A stretch of DNA of 64,000 nucleotides. It comes from Balanoglossus misakiensis. Lineage: Eukaryota > Animalia > Hemichordata. Of the stretch, positions 49,901 to 64,000 are shown in pieces; position 1 is the stretch's first letter; each line of letters opens with the position of its first letter. The notes under the pieces were generated by a model. It was not told where the DNA came from, made no database searches, and saw only the letters and a program-made list of their open reading frames with translations. Location of the stretch: NCBI GenBank assembly GCA_040954595.2, contig CM082582.2:8202325-8266324 (forward strand), in the 5' to 3' direction. The position numbers and the translations under genes are program-made.

Positions 49901-52878
49901 AACAGGATCCTGGAGCATGTCGTGAGATTGCGCTGTCGATCGTTGACGTCATACGAAGCGGTCTGCCAACTTGGATGAAGACTGTGCATCAGATTATCCA
50001 CAGACCAAACTTTGATAAGCTGACAGTTGTTGCCATGGAGATTGTCATGTTGGCACACAGCTGTTTCCCCCACTGCGTGTCTGAGGTGAGAAAATTGGCC
50101 ATTTTACGTTACTTCACATCTAAGGCAATTTTCTAGGGATAGTGCAATGAAATTAGACATAGATAGTAAATAATAAATAAAGAATTCTCAGTTTTTGAAA
50201 AGCTCTATATTTGTAAATAATATATTCCTTTTTTTCTCTCAGAAATCGTTTGAGGAACAGACCATTCTGAATCTGTACAAGAAGCTGTTTGTGCATGCAC
50301 ACCGAGATCACCCACTGGCCAAGGAGTTGAAGACGAGTGTTGACACTCAGCCCCTGCAGACACCATTAGATGGTTATCTCAAGTAAGTTCGATACCTGGG
50401 GAAGAGTCGCGCATCTTGTGAATGCACAAATAGCCATGCAGGTGTTTGACTGTGTCTGAACTGAGATGAGTAGCTGGGCTGTGTACCCAATTTGGGGCAG
50501 TGAATCTATTTGCAGCGGGAAATCAGCTGAATGTGAATCCAAAATTGACCCGCTGAATGTGAAATTACTTGAATATGAATCTGAAACTGATGTGACTTTG
50601 TACATGGGAACACTGTAGGCCCTGTAAATCATTAGTGAGCACCTGAGACTCTTTTGAAGGCAGTCCATTTTCATACATGGATAACCCTGTGAGTGCTTTC
50701 AGTTAAGGGAACCTTGTGGTAACTAACAAGATATGTCTCCCTATGTGTTGACTGTTGCAAGCAAAATACTAGTAAAACCTCCCATGTTAATATATCTCAT
50801 CATGGAGTCATGTTGTAGGCATAGTACATTGTACATGCATGTACATACATATACATTACTATTATATGAGATTCTCAACGACAACCTCTTTTCCATCATC
50901 ACAGTTGTTGTACAAGGGATGAGATCAGCACCAGTTATCCTCAGCTGGTGGAGAAGTACGCTGTGACGGAGACCCACCCTTGGATGCCACATTTCTTCCG
51001 GAGCTGCGACTTGGACCGCGTGATCGGTGTCTTGCCAATCATGGTCTTTCACATCGGATATTACTCAGAGATCAGTGATATGTACAGAGCTTTACTTGAA
51101 GGGTAAGTCTTTGTGTTGTCGTTGTTGTTTTTGTTTTTCATTTTCCCTCCTGCAAACTTGGCTATTGTACAAAGAGACTTAGACTCCTAAAGCAATATGT
51201 TTTAATAGCCGCCACTATGGACACAGACCAATTCTCATGCAATTCTCACACAGTATAACCCTCTGTAACCCTATCCTTTTTGTCTTCTGTAGGATTCATT
51301 GTTTGTTGACAATGACAGGTGAACATTTACATAAGCAGTGCCTGACCAAACCAGAGGGTGAGATTGCCAGAGTCTATGATTTAGCGATGGTCGAAATGTG
51401 CCACCTTATCACACTCAAGGTCAGTCAGTCTGTTTGTTAATTTATTTAAATTTTATAAAAATGGCTTTAATGGGAGATGATTTGGTGCATTATTAAGCTA
51501 ATGCTGTCTTTTTCATTGTTAGCATAGAATCTGCACATTTTACGATACATTTCACAATGGAACACTCAGAACATAATGGTGAAGACAGCAAAAATCCCAC
51601 TAATATGCCACATATATTTTCAACATCTTTCAGACATTGGAGTTGTCCGTTGTACGTCAGCTGTTAGATTTATTCGTGATAGTGTGTGAGTATGTGTCTG
51701 GAACGGTTCACTTGGGAAAAGTGTTTGAAGCCATCACTACAAGACTAGATCTGGTAAGTCTAAAATGATATATATCTGTCTATAAGTCTGGTTTGGGAAA
51801 ATCCCTATGTAGGACTGTACTGAGAATTCAGACTTCATAGCGTGCCTCCATGGATCAATCCCTTGACGGAGATATATTTGTCTGATCGTTGCAGTTCTTT
51901 GCTCTTGGCGATGATCCGTCTCCAATCAGAACAGACAGCGAGGCATACGGCGTCAATAGCAGCAATCTAGTGTTGCTGTCTAATGACATTCCTGCTAGTC
52001 CTGTAGATGCTGCAGAAGATGTCTCTGATGAGGATGAAGACAAGGAACCTTGTAAGTGTGACCTCTGAACTGTTGAACTCTGACCTGACATTGATATTCA
52101 AATCCCACTATTTTGATTGGGCGGGAATTTCAAAATATACATTCTGATTGTCCAGAATCATATTGTCATGTAACTGATGTTCACACTGTGCGACAAATGA
52201 TATGTTGAAGTCTTCTGATCTATAAAACTAAAAGTGCCTTTTCATCATTCCATGTTTTGTCCACAGCTCACATAATCAAGGAGTCGTTAGCCTTGAATAC
52301 GAGTAACAACAGTGGCCAGGCGTCTGGAATGAGAAGCGGTACACCGGAAGGAAGGGTCGTGTCACCGGCCGTCGATGATCTCGATTCAGAGTCTGGATCA
52401 GACTGGGATAGCTGGGAAGATGATGAAGAGGTGAGTATTGGAATGGTTAGAGTCACTAAAGGGTGCTAAATGGGCTTCTGATACTAGTATCACAAATAGT
52501 TTACACGAAACTTTTGGTGAAATAGTATGAATTACCAATTTATTATACTTTTTCTGCTTCACTTTGACACTGATTATAACATAACTACTTGTCATTTTTT
52601 CAGGATCAAACGGCTTTAACTGGAGTGTTTGCAGAGTTTCTGGGTAAACTGCAAGTTTTATATGCAGACATACCACAGGGAGGTAGGTACTAACGGTAGT
52701 CAATCAAACAGTTTAGAGTGACGAGATCTCTCGGGTGTTTGCTGAGTTTGGATTCATGGAGTGAAATCATGTTTTTTTTTTTTGACCTTCAGGAAAGCAC
52801 AGTGTATTCCATGAAGAGCTGATCCAGTCTGGAGCAAGCGAGCGGAAACTCATCAACAGTCTGTTGGATAAAGTGTGA
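34978..52878 (+). CDS. Uncharacterised HEAT/ARM-repeat (alpha-solenoid) protein, ~1345 aa, 26 exons
   Basis: Exons: 34978-35390, 38429-38490, 39014-39252, 41099-41251, 42431-42580, 43533-43733, 44090-44210, 44555-44893, 45398-45572, 45772-45883, 46135-46239, 46525-46598, (47140-47154), 48009-48180, 48445-48572, 48677-48818, 48924-49109, 49906-50085, 50243-50382, 50905-51102, 51293-51419, 51634-51753, 51895-52051, 52267-52430, 52604-52682, 52793-52878 (4038 nt, in frame). HEAT-like motifs: LTDIWSAIRNACVARL, LGHPQLSIRENAIRAF, LMHPASTVRQATSAVF, WEWREGRLFAY, LADTRWELRRMGQQTL. No ortholog recognised. Confidence 0.85.
35504..35546. repeat. Perfect 17-bp inverted repeat with 9-nt loop
   Basis: TGTAAATTCTGACAGCT-agcacatgc-AGCTGTCAGAATTTACA. 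Confidence 0.9.
35568..35629 (+). mobile_element. piggyBac-like MITE, truncated copy 4
   Basis: TTAAccctttcaccaccatggttcagtccaaatccattgctttctatggta...; the right end is missing. Confidence 0.7.
36835..36891. repeat. Perfect 28-bp inverted repeat with 1-nt spacer
   Basis: CTAAGAAAATACCTGGAATTATGATGAG-G-CTCATCATAATTCCAGGTATTTTCTTAG. Confidence 0.95.
47639..47683 (+). repeat. Poly-G / G-rich tract in a HEAT-gene intron
   Basis: ggggggtggggtgggggtgat followed by about 25 consecutive G. Confidence 0.85.
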
Positions 52879-53916
52879 ATGCGGTTATAAAGGATAAAAT
52901 GTGCTGGTTGGCTCTGGAAGACTAACCGGAACTTACATGGAAGAAATGTACATTACGGAACATGGCAATCTCAGATGATTGATAATCCAAATTTGGTTCG
53001 TCTGTGATTGAAATTTACCAGCAGCAAAAACTGTGTGTGATTTTATGCTAGAGTGCACGATATGGTATATCTGTGAGCTGATCAAGTCTTTCACAACTTT
53101 TTGAGCGAGATTGTACATTGATGTCGGTGTTCGGGAGCGTAAAGTTTCATCTTGTCATCGTGAGGCTTAAATTCTGTGTGATTTTTAAACTTATTTCTCA
53201 ACATATGTGGTGGATGATATGTTTTATCAATTTGTGTAAATATTTGGTGAATATTGGCTGTTGAGCGTTTGACATTGACTTTCACCTTGACACAAGCGCA
53301 GTTCTCGTCATTCGTGATTTTCTTGCTGGTCACGGCTCTTGTAAAGTACGATCGTGCGTGCACGTGTAAAAATTGTAGACTTGTGCTCGTTTGTAAGTTA
53401 GGTCCTGCAGCTGTGCTTATCACCCGTCCATTGACAACTTTTTCTGTCCAAATTTTGGTGTCACAACACACGGTCACAGTGTTATTCAAATCCAGTTGAA
53501 AATCTATACAGACCTAAATACTACACTTACAAAAATGTTAGTGTAAAATCTTCCACTATCACGTTTTGTTAAATTATATAGTAATTTCTCGCTTGACATG
53601 AAAATTAAAAGTGCCATAATTTCTGATGCCATCGTCTGTCTTAGCCTTAGGTAACAGGTATTTATGGTGTAATACTAAGAAAAGAGTCAATTCATGTTCT
53701 CATAATGATGAGTGTCATCAAAATTGTGTAACATAAAAATTATGTAACATGTATGTCAGACTGAACCTCTTATGTTACTTTGTTGATTTAAAGTATCATT
53801 GACTCACAAAAATTTAACACTGAACAGAAATTCACCCAAAAGACAGGCATTGAAAATTGTTATTGTAAACAGCTTAATCTCTTGTGGAATCTGTCTTTAC
53901 TTATCAGCCATGTTTC

Positions 53917-54044
53917 ATTTGAATACCCAGTTCTAGCCAATCAGAATGAGTGTACATAACACCAGGATTTGAATATCCAGTTCCAACCAATCAGAATGAG
54001 TGTACATTCCAGCAGGATTTGAATATCCAGTTCTAGCCAATCAG
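53917..54044 (+). repeat. 50-bp tandem repeat, ~2.6 copies, each with ATTTGAAT and CCAATCAG
   Basis: atttgaata(c/t)ccagttc(ta/ca)(g/a)ccaatcag starts at 53917, 53967 and 54017. Confidence 0.9.
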
Positions 54045-54633
54045 CGTCCATGTGAGTCCAAGTACCTGTTTTGCCATTTTGTAGTGTGCTGTTTTTTGTT
54101 TTATTCCATCCTTCAATTCCTAATGAAATACTTATCTGGCTGTAAATTCATTTCATAGTAAATATGGGACAAGTTTGTTTTCCTCACAAAAATAGATTGA
54201 ATTTTGCAGATGTTTTTTTGAGAAGTTACAAGGTATACTGTTTTCTACTTATATTTTGTAGAATTACATTTGGAAATGCTTGAGTTATCAGAACATACAC
54301 ACTGTCTGTATGTGCATATTTATTTTATGTTTTGTCTTGTAACTATTTATCTCATTATTGTAAGTTTTTAATTATAATATGTAATTTAATTATTTCTGAA
54401 TTATTTTATTATTTGCTGAGATTTTGAAGGTCTATGTACATTAGCATTTCCAAGGTTTTGCAGTTCATGTCTCCAGGAATGTGCAATACTTACTGCAAGG
54501 GGAGTTTATCGACCAGTATTTGTACTCTTGTTTTATACTGTGAATACCTTTGTGTTCATTTAATTATAGTGGACATTCTGTTCATCTCTCATAAGTAGGG
54601 ACCAACACAAATACTGGTGGACACTTCAGGAAG

Positions 54634-54718
54634 TCAACCCTTTCAACATCATGGTATGGTCCAATTGCATTGTTTTGTGTGGTCAAGTTGGACCTCTAAA
54701 GAAGGTAAAGGTGTGACA
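54634..54718 (+). mobile_element. piggyBac-like MITE, degenerate copy 5
   Basis: tcaaccctttcaacatcatggtatggtccaattgcattg...gttggacctcta aligns by eye with copies 1 and 2. Confidence 0.5.
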
Positions 54719-54879
54719 GCAGACATGGTTTTGTGTGTGAATCTGCCGTCCATGAGATACCATGCTGTACATTTACTATCAGTGCATGTATATTTTCTGT
54801 CACTTTCTCAAGGTGTATTTAGTTTGAACTCTTTGCTTCTTACCTGTGCTGTTGCTACCATGTTCAACCCCAAATACAA

Positions 54880-54921
54880 AATAAATCGCTTCACAATAAT
54901 TGTCTTTTTTTAGCATTTATT
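54880..54921. terminator. Opposing polyadenylation signals of the HEAT gene (+) and CDK10 (-)
   Basis: AATAAA at 54880-54885 (+) and TTTATT at 54916-54921 (AATAAA on -), ~190 bp past the CDK10 stop. Confidence 0.5.
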
Positions 54922-55107
54922 TATAAAATATTCTATGATAAATATTTTACATGAGTGACTTCAGCAGCAGTGTAGTTCGAGTAGAAATATATTTACAAAA
55001 GTATCAGTCTAACCAGACTGAGAGGTTCGGTTGTAGAGTTGGGTTCAAGACCACCAAGGGCAGGTGACTGGTGTGGAGTGCCCTTTAGGGTTTTACGGTT
55101 CAAGACT

Positions 55108-57715
<2,608 letters not shown>

Positions 57716-57931
57716 ATTAGCGACTTCAAAATCATGTCTACCTCTCGAAGGTGCTAGAATCTTTCATCAGTGATCCCTGGATTGTAAATTGTTTTCGGCT
57801 TACATATGTGCGCCCTCACAATCATGCTTCTGGAAATTAGAAACAGGTGCCCAATGGCGTTCCGTTTTACTAAGTTACAAAAGCCTTGTCCAATCAGCTG
57901 TGCAGTTATGAAATAGCGTCGACTGGCAAAG
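57716..57931. promoter_or_regulatory. Compact bidirectional promoter shared by CDK10 and NDUFS3
   Basis: Only 216 bp separate the divergent ATGs. CCAAT boxes at ~57851 and ~57890. A YY1-like AAGATGGCG overlaps the NDUFS3 start. Confidence 0.7.
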
Positions 57932-59880
57932 ATGGCGACTTATGTGGGTCACCTTGCTCGAAGGACGGGGCAATTTTTAAAAATAAATAGTAAGTACAGT
58001 CGTTTCGTTGAAAATATCGTATGTGCAAGTGGCACAGAGTAACAGGGATCACGCTGAGACTATGAGAGATTCAGTGAATGTTCCATTCGACTGTAAGCCC
58101 TGCAGACGCCGCGGCTCTGATTACAAGGTCAGATGTATGTCAGTAGTACATGTACACTTTATTATACTGATACTTCAAAGAAATCTTGTACTTTGATTTC
58201 TAGGGTCGATTATACCATCACTGGCAGTTGCTGGCAGTCGAACATTGACAACCAAGCGTAAGTATGATTACTGCAGCCCACTGTTCCACTGCAAGTCGTT
58301 CTCATAGTTCAAACCATGAAGGTATTGACCATCACAATTGCTCAGTCCTCCCAATACCAGAATTCAGTAGTACCGGTAGCCCAATATTATAATGACAGAA
58401 CAAACATGTTGCACCCAACCTCCCCAGTATTCACTATAGTAAGAAACGATCTCATCTTCCTCAAACAGCGACAGTACGACCAAGCAACGAAGTTCAGAGG
58501 GCAACATTGGCCGAGTTTGGTCGCTACATCGCCGATAACCTGCCCAAGTACACCCAGCTGGTTCAGGTGACCCACCACAATGAGCTGGAACTCTTGATCC
58601 ACCCTGAAGGCGTGGTGCCTGTTGTGACCTTCCTGCGGGACCATCATAATTGCCAGTACAAGTCTTTGGCTGACTTGACAGCCATTGATGTACCAACCAG
58701 GGAAAACAGATTTGAGGTTAGTAACACCGAGTCCAACTGAATGATGTTCCAAATTATGGAAGCCACTTATGAAGAATGCAAAAGGTAGATGTACATCACA
58801 TGTTGTATATTGAGAATGAAAATTTTCCCCTTTTTTATGAAGTCATTCCAGTATATCTGTGTACATGTACATGACACTTTTCTATCATCAATGTTTATTT
58901 TTTTGCATATTTGTTTTCTGTTTGCAGATCATATACAATCTACTTTCACTAAGATTTAACTCTAGAATTCGAGTGAAGACCTACACAGATGAACTGACGC
59001 CCGTAGATTCCATAGTGTCGGTGCATAAGGCAGCGGAATGGTATGAGCGAGAGGTGAGTTCTGTCCTATACAGAGTCCAGCTCTGTATTTGTGATCTGCT
59101 TGCTCAAGCTGGTCATCAGATCTTGTTTAAAATTGCAGCTCTCTCCAAGCTGTCTGAAGGAGCTTTGTCCATGTGTCTTCGAGAACTGGTGGCTTAGTGT
59201 TGTGTTTGATTTTAACATGTCTTTGAATTCAGGTCACCTTTTTTGAGTTTTTGAGTAGGTGTACAGTTGGTGTGAGTAACACTGCAGGACTCAGTCACTG
59301 TCACTAAGACTTAATCTTCAGTTTGCGGATGAAACTCTGTTTAATTTTTCTGACACTGTCAGATTGACCAATTATTTCATACATTTTGCATCCCAGTCCT
59401 CAAAAATTCCCTTTTTTTGATCTCTGCAGGTGTGGGATATGTATGGCGTATTCTTTGCAAATCATCCAGACTTGAGACGTATTCTTACAGACTATGGTTT
59501 TGAAGGTCATCCACTGAGAAAAGATTTTCCCCTAAGTGGTTATGTCGAGGTAAGTTTATCTCTCGCTCTTACACAGTATGCTGGCAGAGTTTGAGCTCTG
59601 ATGCTTGTGTATATAAAGTCCAGTAGTGCAAAACTGTTATAAGTTGAATGATTCAACATTGCGACAATCACAGTTTCTGTTGTTTTTCATCAGCAATCCA
59701 CTTTTGTTTCTACAGGTGCGGTACGACGACGAAGTGAAACGCATTGTAGCAGAGCCCATAGAACTCGCTCAAGAATTCCGTAAATTTGACCTGTCAAGTC
59801 CATGGGAAACTTTCCCCGCCCACAGGAAGGAGGACCAGATTGAAGCCGGAGAAACAGCACCTCCAGAAGAAAAGAAGTAG
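57932..59880 (+). CDS. NDUFS3: NADH:ubiquinone oxidoreductase 30-kDa core subunit S3, 256 aa, 6 exons
   Basis: Exons 57932-57989, 58204-58257, 58469-58716, 58928-59053, 59430-59549, 59716-59880 (771 nt). Basic transit-peptide-like N-terminus. Motifs: [110 protein letters not shown]. Confidence 0.97.
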
Positions 59881-60529
59881 ACATTTTTGTTTGTGAATGC
59901 TTTGATAGAAACTTGTACAGGACATTATTGCTTATTTTGACAGGAAAAGTGAATTTTGAATAGTTGAACGTTTTGGATAATGCACAACTTATCCGTACTG
60001 TAGATGCTGTGATTTTCAAAACCACTGAACCTGTGGTACGTCTTGATTGTCACTTGTAACACACTGCGTAATATTCTGCAGGGTCCCAGAATTCAGTACC
60101 TGCTTGAAGATTTTCTATAGGAGACAAACACACAAAAGGATGGCTTCATCTTAATGAATTGTTTTCAGCCAGGACTAGCTCAGATGTATCATGACTTGAA
60201 TTAATATCAAAGTCAGGGAGAGAGAAAGTGTTACAGATCATGGTGTAGTACACTTGTGTGGTTCTAATAGTGACTGTTTTGATCACCGGTATGTTCTGGG
60301 AGGCTCGAAATTTGTTACATGTACACAGATTGTTATATATTATAGCTGCTTTGAATTGGTATGTTTTGTGGTCTAAACTTCCTGAAATAAACATTGTTTC
60401 AAAAGTCTGATTGTTTTTGTCATATATATGTAGTGCTTGCTTTTTCTCCTTTAAAATAAATTTTCTGTTCTTTGGCAAACTGATAATTTCTGAATCCTTG
60501 CACAGATTATAGTGATAATTCTGAATGTA

Positions 60530-63500
60530 GTTTTTGTCGAAAAACCACCAAATTTTGAAATTTCGCGAAGTCGAAAAATTGACATTTCTGGATGATTTTC
60601 ATGAGCTATAACCCATGGTTTTTGTCGAAAAACCACCAAATTTTGAAATTTCGCGAAGTCGAAAAATTGACATTTCTGGATGATTTTCATGAGCTATAAC
60701 CCATGGTTTTTGTCGAAAAACCACCAAATTTTGAAATTTCGCGAAGTCGAAAAATTGACATTTCTGGATGATTTTAATGAGCTAACCCATGGTTTTTGTC
60801 GAAAAACCACCAAATTTTGAAATTTCGCGAAGTCGAAAAATTGACATTTCTGGATGATTTTCATGAGCTATAACCCATGGTTTTTGTCGAAAAACCACCA
60901 AATTTTGAAATTTCGCGAAGTCGAAAAATTGACATTTCTGGATGATTTTCATGAGCTATAACCCATGGTTTTTGTCGAAAAACCACCAAATTTTGAAATT
61001 TCGCGAAGTCGAAAAATTGACATTTCTGGATGATTTTCATGAGCTATAACCCATGGTTTTTGTCGAAAAACCACCAAATTTTGAAATTTCGCGAAGTCGA
61101 AAAATTGACATTTCTGGATGATTTTCATGAGCTATAACCCATGGTTTTTGTCGAAAAACCACCAAATTTTGAAATTTCGCGAAGTCGAAAAATTGACATT
61201 TCTGGATGATTTTCATGAGCTATAACCCATGGTTTTTGTCGAAAAACCACCAAATTTTGAAATTTCGCGAAGTCGAAAAATTGACATTTCTGGATGATTT
61301 TCATGAGCTATAACCCATGGTTTTTGTCGAAAAACCACCAAATTTTGAAATTTCGCGAAGTCGAAAAATTGACATTTCTGGATGATTTTCATGAGCTATA
61401 ACCCATGGTTTTTGTCGAAAAACCACCAAATTTTGAAATTTCGCGAAGTCGAAAAATTGACATTTCTGGATGATTTTCATGAGCTATAACCCATGGTTTT
61501 TGTCGAAAAACCACCAAATTTTGAAATTTCGCGAAGTCGAAAAATTGACATTTCTGGATGATTTTCATGAGCTATAACCCATGGTTTTTGTCGAAAAACC
61601 ACCAAATTTTGAAATTTCGCGAAGTCGAAAAATTGACATTTCTGGATGATTTTCATGAGCTATAACCCATGGTTTTTGTCGAAAAACCACCAAATTTTGA
61701 AATTTCGCGAAGTCGAAAAATTGACATTTCTGGATGATTTTCATGAGCTATAACCCATGGTTTTTGTCGAAAAACCACCAAATTTTGAAATTTCGCGAAG
61801 TCGAAAAATTGACATTTCTGGATGATTTTCATGAGCTATAACCCATGGTTTTTGTCGAAAAACCACCAAATTTTGAAATTTCGCGAAGTCGAAAAATTGA
61901 CATTTCTGGATGATTTTCATGAGCTATAACCCATGGTTTTTGTCGAAAAACCACCAAATTTTGAAATTTCGCGAAGTCGAAAAATTGACATTTCTGGATG
62001 ATTTTCATGAGCTATAACCCATGGTTTTTGTCGAAAAACCACCAAATTTTGAAATTTCGCGAAGTCGAAAAATTGACATTTCTGGATGATTTTCATGAGC
62101 TATAACCCATGGTTTTTGTCGAAAAACCACCAAATTTTGAAATTTCGCGAAGTCGAAAAATTGACATTTCTGGATGATTTTCATGAGCTATAACCCATGG
62201 TTTTTGTCGAAAAACCACCAAATTTTGAAATTTCGCGAAGTCGAAAAATTGACATTTCTGGATGATTTTCATGAGCTATAACCCATGGTTTTTGTCGAAA
62301 AACCACCAAATTTTGAAATTTCGCGAAGTCGAAAAATTGACATTTCTGGATGATTTTCATGAGCTATAACCCATGGTTTTTGTCGAAAAACCACCAAATT
62401 TTGAAATTTCGCGAAGTCGAAAAATTGACATTTCTGGATGATTTTCATGAGCTATAACCCATGGTTTTTGTCGAAAAACCACCAAATTTTGAAATTTCGC
62501 GAAGTCGAAAAATTGACATTTCTGGATGATTTTCATGAGCTATAACCCATGGTTTTTGTCGAAAAACCACCAAATTTTGAAATTTCGCGAAGTCGAAAAA
62601 TTGACATTTCTGGATGATTTTCATGAGCTATAACCCATGGTTTTTGTCGAAAAACCACCAAATTTTGAAATTTCGCGAAGTCGAAAAATTGACATTTCTG
62701 GATGATTTTCATGAGCTATAACCCATGGTTTTTGTCGAAAAACCACCAAATTTTGAAATTTCGCGAAGTCGAAAAATTGACATTTCTGGATGATTTTCAT
62801 GAGCTATAACCCATGGTTTTTGTCGAAAAACCACCAAATTTTGAAATTTCGCGAAGTCGAAAAATTGACATTTCTGGATGATTTTCATGAGCTATAACCC
62901 ATGGTTTTTGTCGAAAAACCACCAAATTTTGAAATTTCGCGAAGTCGAAAAATTGACATTTCTGGATGATTTTCATGAGCTATAACCCATGGTTTTTGTC
63001 GAAAAACCACCAAATTTTGAAATTTCGCGAAGTCGAAAAATTGACATTTCTGGATGATTTTCATGAGCTATAACCCATGGTTTTTGTCGAAAAACCACCA
63101 AATTTTGAAATTTCGCGAAGTCGAAAAATTGACATTTCTGGATGATTTTCATGAGCTATAACCCATGGTTTTTGTCGAAAAACCACCAAATTTTGAAATT
63201 TCGCGAAGTCGAAAAATTGACATTTCTGGATGATTTTCATGAGCTATAACCCATGGTTTTTGTCGAAAAACCACCAAATTTTGAAATTTCGCGAAGTCGA
63301 AAAATTGACATTTCTGGATGATTTTCATGAGCTATAACCCATGGTTTTTGTCGAAAAACCACCAAATTTTGAAATTTCGCGAAGTCGAAAAATTGACATT
63401 TCTGGATGATTTTCATGAGCTATAACCCATGGTTTTTGTCGAAAAACCACCAAATTTTGAAATTTCGCGAAGTCGAAAAATTGACATTTCTGGATGATTT

Positions 63501-64000
63501 TCATGAGCTATAACCCATGGTTTTTGTCGAAAAACCACCAAATTTTGAAATTTCGCGAAGTCGAAAAATTGACATTTCTGGATGATTTTCATGAGCTATA
63601 ACCCATGGTTTTTGTCGAAAAACCACCAAATTTTGAAATTTCGCGAAGTCGAAAAATTGACATTTCTGGATGATTTTCATGAGCTGTAACCCATGGTTTT
63701 TGTCGAAAAACCACCAAATTTTGAAATTTCGCGAAGTCGAAAAATTGACATTTCTGGATGATTTTCATGAGCTATAACCCATGGTTTTTGTCGAAAAACC
63801 ACCAAATTTTGAAATTTCGCGAAGTCGAAAAATTGACATTTCTGGATGATACTCCTCACGAGACTCTCTCCAAAATTTGAATCGCGAAGTCGAAAATTGA
63901 CATTTCTGGATGTTTCCTAGCTATAACCCATGGTTTTTGTCGAAAAACCACCAAATTTTGAAATTTCGCGAAGTCGAAAAATTGAACATTTCTGGATGAT
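60530..64000. repeat. 88-bp tandem satellite array, ~39 copies, running off the window end
   Basis: Unit GTTTTTGTCGAAAAACCACCAAATTTTGAAATTTCGCGAAGTCGAAAAATTGACATTTCTGGATGATTTTCATGAGCTATAACCCATG. Identical 60-nt lines recur every 1320 bp (15 x 88). Variants noticed at ~60776-60785, at 63686 and in a degraded stretch after ~63850. Confidence 0.98.

Noticed and set aside
60559-60577. CENP-B box in the satellite (TTTCGCGAAGTCGAAA)
   Set aside because: It has TTCG but lacks the required A..CGGG positions.
60530-64000. CRISPR array, or coding repeat (ORFs 60451-60690 and 63677-63859)
   Set aside because: Units are head-to-tail identical with no unique spacers, there are no cas genes, the context is eukaryotic, and 88 is not a multiple of 3.

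Overview
This is AT-rich, intron-containing animal DNA, probably an invertebrate such as a hemichordate or echinoderm (inferred from composition and gene content only). It is not prokaryotic, and most ORF-track calls are exon fragments or noise. Hand-splicing at GT-AG sites gives seven frame-consistent genes: the 3' part of an SLC9A/NHE Na+/H+ exchanger (+), a two-exon class A GPCR with a long Ser/Thr-rich N-terminus (-), a 23-exon formin with PH-like, PH, FH1, FH2 and C-terminal PH domains matching the little-studied PHCF subtype (+), UBE2V/MMS2 (-), a 26-exon uncharacterised HEAT/ARM-repeat protein (+), CDK10 (-) and NDUFS3 (+). After the NHE gene they form three head-to-head pairs. Non-coding features include a ~90-bp TTAA-flanked piggyBac-like MITE family, several perfect hairpins, a 50-bp CCAAT-containing tandem repeat, and a highly homogeneous 88-bp satellite running from ~60530 to the window end. 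The most interesting leads are the formin's N-terminal repeated helical motif, the NHE tail (cassette micro-exons, His tract, PDZ ligand), the unknown HEAT protein and the satellite directly beside NDUFS3.
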